A stretch of 59,812 nucleotides of DNA, filler included, from Sluysia triapertura (Eukaryota), in assembly GCA_046118255.1 (NCBI GenBank). It is 4 parts of 4 records of this genome, joined end to end, with 100 filler letters (N's around TTAATTAATTAA, not from the genome) between each part and the next. Parts side by side here need not be neighbours in the genome. Positions count along the whole stretch, not along the records: positions 48,950 to 59,812 come from JBJNIA010192428.1; 3 more parts are not named here. One strand, written 5' to 3'. The first letter of the stretch is position 1. Every line of letters begins with the position of its first letter. The notes beneath the pieces were generated by a model. That model saw nothing but the letters and a program-made list of their open reading frames with translations. It was not told the origin of the DNA and did not search any database. The position numbers and the translations under genes are program-made. This document shows positions 53,591 to 59,812 of the stretch, one piece after another.

Positions 53591-55499
53591 GGAATGAATT
53601 AAAAGTTCTTAGATTAATTCAAATTTAATTTACAATTGGCACCAATAAAATTCACGTAAAAAATAGTAGATCTAGATTTACTTCCAAACGTTCCGATGTT
53701 AGTGTTTCAACTTGTTGTGTTTCACTACATCCTTACTTATTTTGTAAATTTTTATTTTCGTGTCATAAATTTTCTGTTGTCTTTTGCGGGTACTTCATCC
53801 TGTATTAAAATTCAATTCCTGATACTTTTTAATAACACAAATTCTATTTTATAATGAAATTTATAACGATAGATATTTTTAGTAATCGATTTTATATCTT
53901 TGAATATAATATCAATGTTTCTTTAAAGCTTAATAATGAAATAATAAATAAAATTATCATAAATCGTAAGTTACTTTGTCTTCAGGCAAATTCGATAATA
54001 TATGTTAAGCTTATGCGGACATTATGTAAGATACAGTACATAACATCGAGCACCATAAGTGTTACCAAACTTACTAGATGACATAATGTAGTTGTCCGAA
54101 TTCGGTAGAATACATTACATATCACTTTCTTTAGAAGCATTCAAATCAGAATTATTTTGCTTCCATACGTAAACTCTTATCCTCCATTAAACCTTGACCA
54201 TCCACACACATCGTAAACACGCTAAACAATATTAAAACAAAACCAAAACTTATCCATCATATAAAACGAACAACCGTAAGACAACATCATCATATAATTT
54301 AAAACAATTAAAATTCATTGCATCATATCACCAAACAGCGCTTGGCACATAACTTGTGTTAAAAAGTTGATTTTGTTACCAGTAAAGGTAAGAGTAGAAT
54401 TCAAAATCATTATAGCAATCTGTAAATGCTTGAACTATGAATTTTCTGTATATCTTTTGGAAATAATAAAAAAATTCGAAACCAAAATAAACGTTATCCA
54501 CCTAATAAGTCAAGGTACCTTTCACCAGACACATTTTTCAATCTAATTTTTAATAATAAATTAAATTAAAAAAATAATAATTTTAGTAAATTTTAAAATC
54601 TGATAATATACTTTAAATTCATACAAAATAATAAATATGTAAAAATCAAAACAATAAGATGTGAAAGTATTAACAAATTTGTGCTATAAGTGATAATAAA
54701 TTCATAATAAAGTCTATAATAAAACTGTAATAAAAATGTGTGTGAACGTATACTTATGTATTAAAGAATACAAGATCGATATAAATAAGACAGATTTTAA
54801 AATTTACTAAGTGCTAAACGATAAATAAACTCTGAACTTCATTGATAAAAGTATCATATTATCTACAAGAAATCGATCAGTGATAATTAGTCATACGAAA
54901 TATCTATACATAAATTATAATTTGACAGTTGAGAAAATCGAAGACCTAATCAATAAAAGCATATTCTTTTACGATTATTGTATTCATTGAGTTGTAAGTT
55001 TTATTTCAATATGTTGTCTTCCTTAATTAACTTAACGAGTAAATTGCCACTCAAAATCTAATAATTTTTGCAGCTAATTTACTATTAGCTTTAAAATCAT
55101 ATCAAATAAAAATATTAAGAGTTTATTCTTAATATTGTAGTTTTATATTTTACTATATATTGCTTGGATATTCAACTGTTTAACTGAGTGGTCATTTCTA
55201 TCATCATTATTATTTCATTTAGTTAGATTTGGTTATTTTGTGAATAAAATATTTTGATTCAATTTTAACATTTGCAAGCTAAGATTAGAAAATAAGTAAT
55301 AATAAATACGTTTAATTAAATTTATCCAATAAGTTGGAGTATAAAGATATTAGCAATACGTAATATTAACAGTAACTGATACATTGAAATACTAATCCAA
55401 GTAGTGGAAAGGATGACGTTAAAGTTAAATTACTACTGCCTACGGGAGATTGTTAGAATAATTTATGAGATTTAATTGCGAGCTAAAACTTGATATTTC

Positions 55500-56200
55500 A
55501 TCATTTTTGGAAACGATAATCTATCCAACATGTTTGCCAACCATGAAAAGAGCTCCATCCAACTTATAAATCTGGTAATTGGCGCGACTTATGCAATATT
55601 TAAATAAATTGTAAATATCTTAATTCCTTTAATTGGAAAAATATTTAATAGGTCTTCTGTGGTTGAATGATCTTCGCAATTCATTCGAATAAAGATGCAC
55701 AATTGCGCACTATCAGATTCATCAAACTGCAAGTAAAGAAAGCAGCAATCAATAATATTTTCTTTCAAAATATTTTCCAAATATATGCAAGATAAAACTT
55801 TGCGTTCTTTTATATTTTTACTAATATTCATCGTCCTATGCATAAAATGTTGATAGAATTTATTTATACGATTATAAATAATACCTAATCAGCTTTTATA
55901 AATGCTTCTTTCCATATTTCGACATATTCAAAAGGTTTCTGCTTCATCAAAACATTAGCTACTTTGAATGATGCTACGGTAGATGATTTTGATTTGGAGC
56001 TAAATTTAGTAAAATGAGTTTGTTGTGCACCTAAATGTAACTTTAACTATTTGACTTTTTCTTTTCATATAAGTTTGAAATACGTTTGAATTAGAAATGA
56101 GGCATGCATACTTATCTTTTAGCATAATGCAAAAAAATCATTGTTTCATTCAATATGATAGTGACGTGTTTAAGTTTTTTGCTTGGTTGAGTCTTCGATG
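55500..56200 (-). mobile_element. hAT transposase remnant (SPIN/GTF2IRD2-like)
   Basis: TVASFKVANVLMKQKPFE, LQFDESDSAQLCIFIR..EDLLNIFPIKG, DGALFMVGK in order. Confidence 0.85.
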
Positions 56201-59200
56201 AATAAAAAATTATTCATATTTATGAAGCAAATAATAAATTAATTGATATAATTAATTACCGTATGGAGCGATATTTAAAATTGAAGTTCTCAGTTATTAT
56301 TCAGCGCTTACTCAGAAAGCATAAGTGTTGATGTATGTAAAACAATTTCGTTTTTATTTCATCGCGCCTTTTAATAATATTCAAAAGTAGTTATACTCGA
56401 TTACTTTGCTACAAGTTGTTTATGCGTCGAGTAACAAACTGTTTTAAATAATTGTACTAATCAACAACAACAAATCATGTACATGACAGGCGAACTTTGC
56501 TGTTAAATTCTTAGTAAATTTATCAAACATTTTAGTATGCGTTCTCTGCATTATTATTTTTATCAAGTTAATTTTTATTGTCAAATTCATTGATATAACA
56601 TAAATCACATTAATTTCTATTAATTTTTATTTATAATCAAGGCAAAGTCTTTGCCCTTTCAATTACAAGATAAAAATTTGCGTTCTTATTTATTGTTAAG
56701 GAAATAAAAATCATTTTCAAAACTAAATTAATATTAAAATTGATTACAGGAGCTAAAATAAATTCCTACCAAGTTCGAATAATTGGTCTTAATGTTGAAA
56801 TAAGCTTTAGCCATTTTTATAAACAATTCAAAGTTATAAAATATTATATCAAAACTTTTCTAGATAAAAACAGAAAAAGAACTAACAAACATTGCTTTTA
56901 ATTTGATTTCAATACAATTTATAAGATTAAAACTTTATTAAGATTTTATTAAGAAAGAGACATCTAAGTTTAAGTTATTACATAGTTTGCAATTAATTCT
57001 TCATTAAAAGGCTATCAATGATTATTTTAAGTTATATCAAAGACATATTGACAAGCTCAGATCCAACATAACACATCATAACTCTTAACAATAATTATAT
57101 AAATGATATTATATATAAATGAGATTCTTCTATTCTAATTCATTACAAATAGTAACATCAATTTTATTATATCACTCTATCTTATCAGTCATATTTCTTG
57201 AATATTCAGTATTTTCTCTTAATTAATAGTAGTAATTATAATTACTACATATCGTCTTCTAGGCTTATTGTCACCAATACAGTATACATTTACAAAAACC
57301 TTTCTCAACTCCAAAAAATACTTTCATCATAATACTCGTTCAGAAAATTGGTGTCAGGACTCTTTTCAGTTAACGTTTCCTTACATACTACGTAACAAAT
57401 CAGAAAACTGTAAATAGCTTTTCCTTAAGTCTATATCTGAATTCAAACATTTATATTATGTTTATGCTATAAATAAAAAAATACATAGAAAAGTAAGTAA
57501 AGTAAACGATGCTTTGTTGAACACATAATTTACAAAGTGTTTACAAACTGCGTTATCAATTAATTACTATTAATTATTCAGTGAAACACGATAGTGCGAT
57601 AATTTTACTCATTTTGTTTTTCATCTTAATCGTATAATTCATTTTCAACCGTTTTTGTTTATTTGTATTAATTTGTACACACTGTAACTTTTCATTTTGG
57701 CTAATTAAATGAGACAGTTTCCATTTTTCATTTTATTGTGTCTCAGTTTAACCTCATTCTTGAAGCATTTTTTCAGATTTTAAGCTTTTTCTTTATAAAT
57801 TTTTATTTTACAAAAAAAACATTTAAATTTCGTCAGAAGCAGTTGTTTTTATCGTCATTTATATCAACTTTGTATTATTATACTTATCTATGTAGTATTT
57901 AAAAAATAAAATTGACTATAGAATATCTAATGAATATCTAATTTTCTATGCGATAAATTGTGCGCAATTCTTCTTTTAAATTTCATGAATATCTATTTGT
58001 TGACTAAGACATCGATGCACCTTTTGGTTTAAGAAAATGTTAAGCAACAGTTTATCTTTGTAAATCAAATTCTGAAGGTGTAGATAAAGTGTGTAATCTA
58101 TTACAAAGCCCAATTTAATTATGTTGTTATATATTCTAATCTTTTTTGGTGCGTAAATAACATAATATCATTTAAAACTATAACATTAATAAATTTTAGT
58201 TTCTATTTGCTGTGCAAATTAATAATTTGAACACGGTTTTTTATTAAAATTAAATTTTAATCTACATCTCTTCTTTATTTTATCGTCGTCAACTAGACAC
58301 TTAACTAGACATTGTATCGAAGGGACAAATATTTTCTAATTATATATATCCGAATTAAATGATAACCTATTATTTAATTTGTTTTAAAAGGTTATAAATA
58401 ATCTAAATAATTAAAGTCAATATAAAAAGAAGTCATACCTACAATAAGAATCGAGGTTAAAAAATCACACTTTAAATCTTCAAAAATTTCTTTTACTTAG
58501 CGTGAATTTACTTTTACACAAGCAATAGACGCTTAAAATAATACTAATAATAATTGTATTGAATATTATATTATAAAATGAATTCCTACAAAATTTGTTT
58601 TTGGCAGTTAAAATTTTCTCAAAACGATAATAAGGATGTACTTAAAGAACCTTGAAAAATCTTAGTATATTTTACTAACAAAAGAAATAGTAATTTATTT
58701 TTAGAAAACTTTTTAAACATTTAATAATTATTAAAAGAATTAAAAAAACAAAACTATTAAAAATCTGACTCAATTTTTAGACAATACAATTTAATATTTT
58801 ACATCTGCAATACTCAACATTATTAATAATAGTAATATTAATAATAATAATTAATAAGTTTGAAAAATGTGCTGATTTTAAACTAAAGACATTTTATAAA
58901 AATGAAACATTCGTTTAACGGATGAGTAACGTTTAATTGTTACTGATTAACAATGTTAGTATTCATTAAGCTTTAATACTTAATCTATTGTTTCATGTAA
59001 TCCTCTTACCATATTATTATTTAAAATTTTTTTTATAAAGGTGAATCACTTTCCACTTTTATTGAACTAAACAACACAATTCGTAAAATGGATTTTAATT
59101 TAAAGTTTTATTACTTGTATAAACTTTTGTATCTTCGTTATTCTTAAGATTATTTATCGTTTTTATATATTGTTAAAATAGAATTAACTGCAATTAACGG

Positions 59201-59575
59201 ATATAAGCAAGTAATATCACCAAAAATTACAGAAAATAGTGTTGTCAGTTTTTCAAATAAAAATATTAAATATCAATTAAAAATTTATTCATCTTCCAGA
59301 TATTTCACGTCTTCATAATAATCATAATGTAATCTAATTAGCTCTTTGATGTTATAATATTTTCCATTAGAATAGTGATATTATTTAAGTAGTATTACAA
59401 AAAAACAATTAATAATGTTACTATTTGGCGATTTATGATATTTCACTTTACAGTCAAATCAGTCGCATTATTTACCATATTTACCATTCAAAACACTACT
59501 ATAAAAATACTTCTTAAAATTATTATAAATTTCATCTGTAATAATTATTTTTTAAAATAATTAAGCATGGCTATT

Positions 59576-59576
<1 letters not shown>

Positions 59577-59640
<64 letters not shown>
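59577..59640. repeat. (AAT)n microsatellite
   Basis: Perfect run. Confidence 0.95.
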
Positions 59641-59642
<2 letters not shown>

Positions 59643-59812
59643 AAAATATTATTATTATATTTATAATCATATTTATCACCACTTTACATCAACAAATCAT
59701 ATTAAATTGCAAACTGAAATTACTCTCAGTAACTTTTCTACTGAAACAATTCATTGTCGCGTCAATGAAGTGGTTTTCTAGTTGTCAAAAATAAATTCAT
59801 TTAAAAACTTTA

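Noticed and set aside
53850-54540. Possible C-type lectin remnant on minus
   Set aside because: Cys/Trp pattern incomplete and not supportable.

Overview
Very AT-rich eukaryotic (metazoan-like) draft scaffold with (AAT)n microsatellites, one plain N-gap and three N-gaps carrying an artificial TTAATTAATTAA linker. I found no prokaryotic features, rRNA, tRNA or CRISPR. Most recognisable sequence is decayed transposons: two Tigger/pogo, a mariner, two hAT, a Ty3/Gypsy pol, two non-LTR remnants, and possible Helitron-type PIF1 and RPA70 remnants. The main observation is a threefold repeated cassette at about 10.5-12.7 kb, 17.7-19.9 kb and 23.4-25.8 kb. Each has an LTR-like G-poor repeat, paired hairpins plus CCAAT, a variable N-terminal region, an Unkempt-type C-x9-C-x6-C-x3-H zinc finger and a short GT-AG intron. 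The variable region differs: a UDP-glucose pyrophosphorylase fragment in one copy, an RBM15/Spenito RRM1 fragment in another, and an unidentified region in the third. An intronless, internally deleted TM9SF3 copy lies between two cassettes. Other host-like sequence includes an intact HDHD5/CECR5-like exon and a decayed NACHT gene. All protein identifications are by-eye comparisons with remembered family motifs, not database searches.
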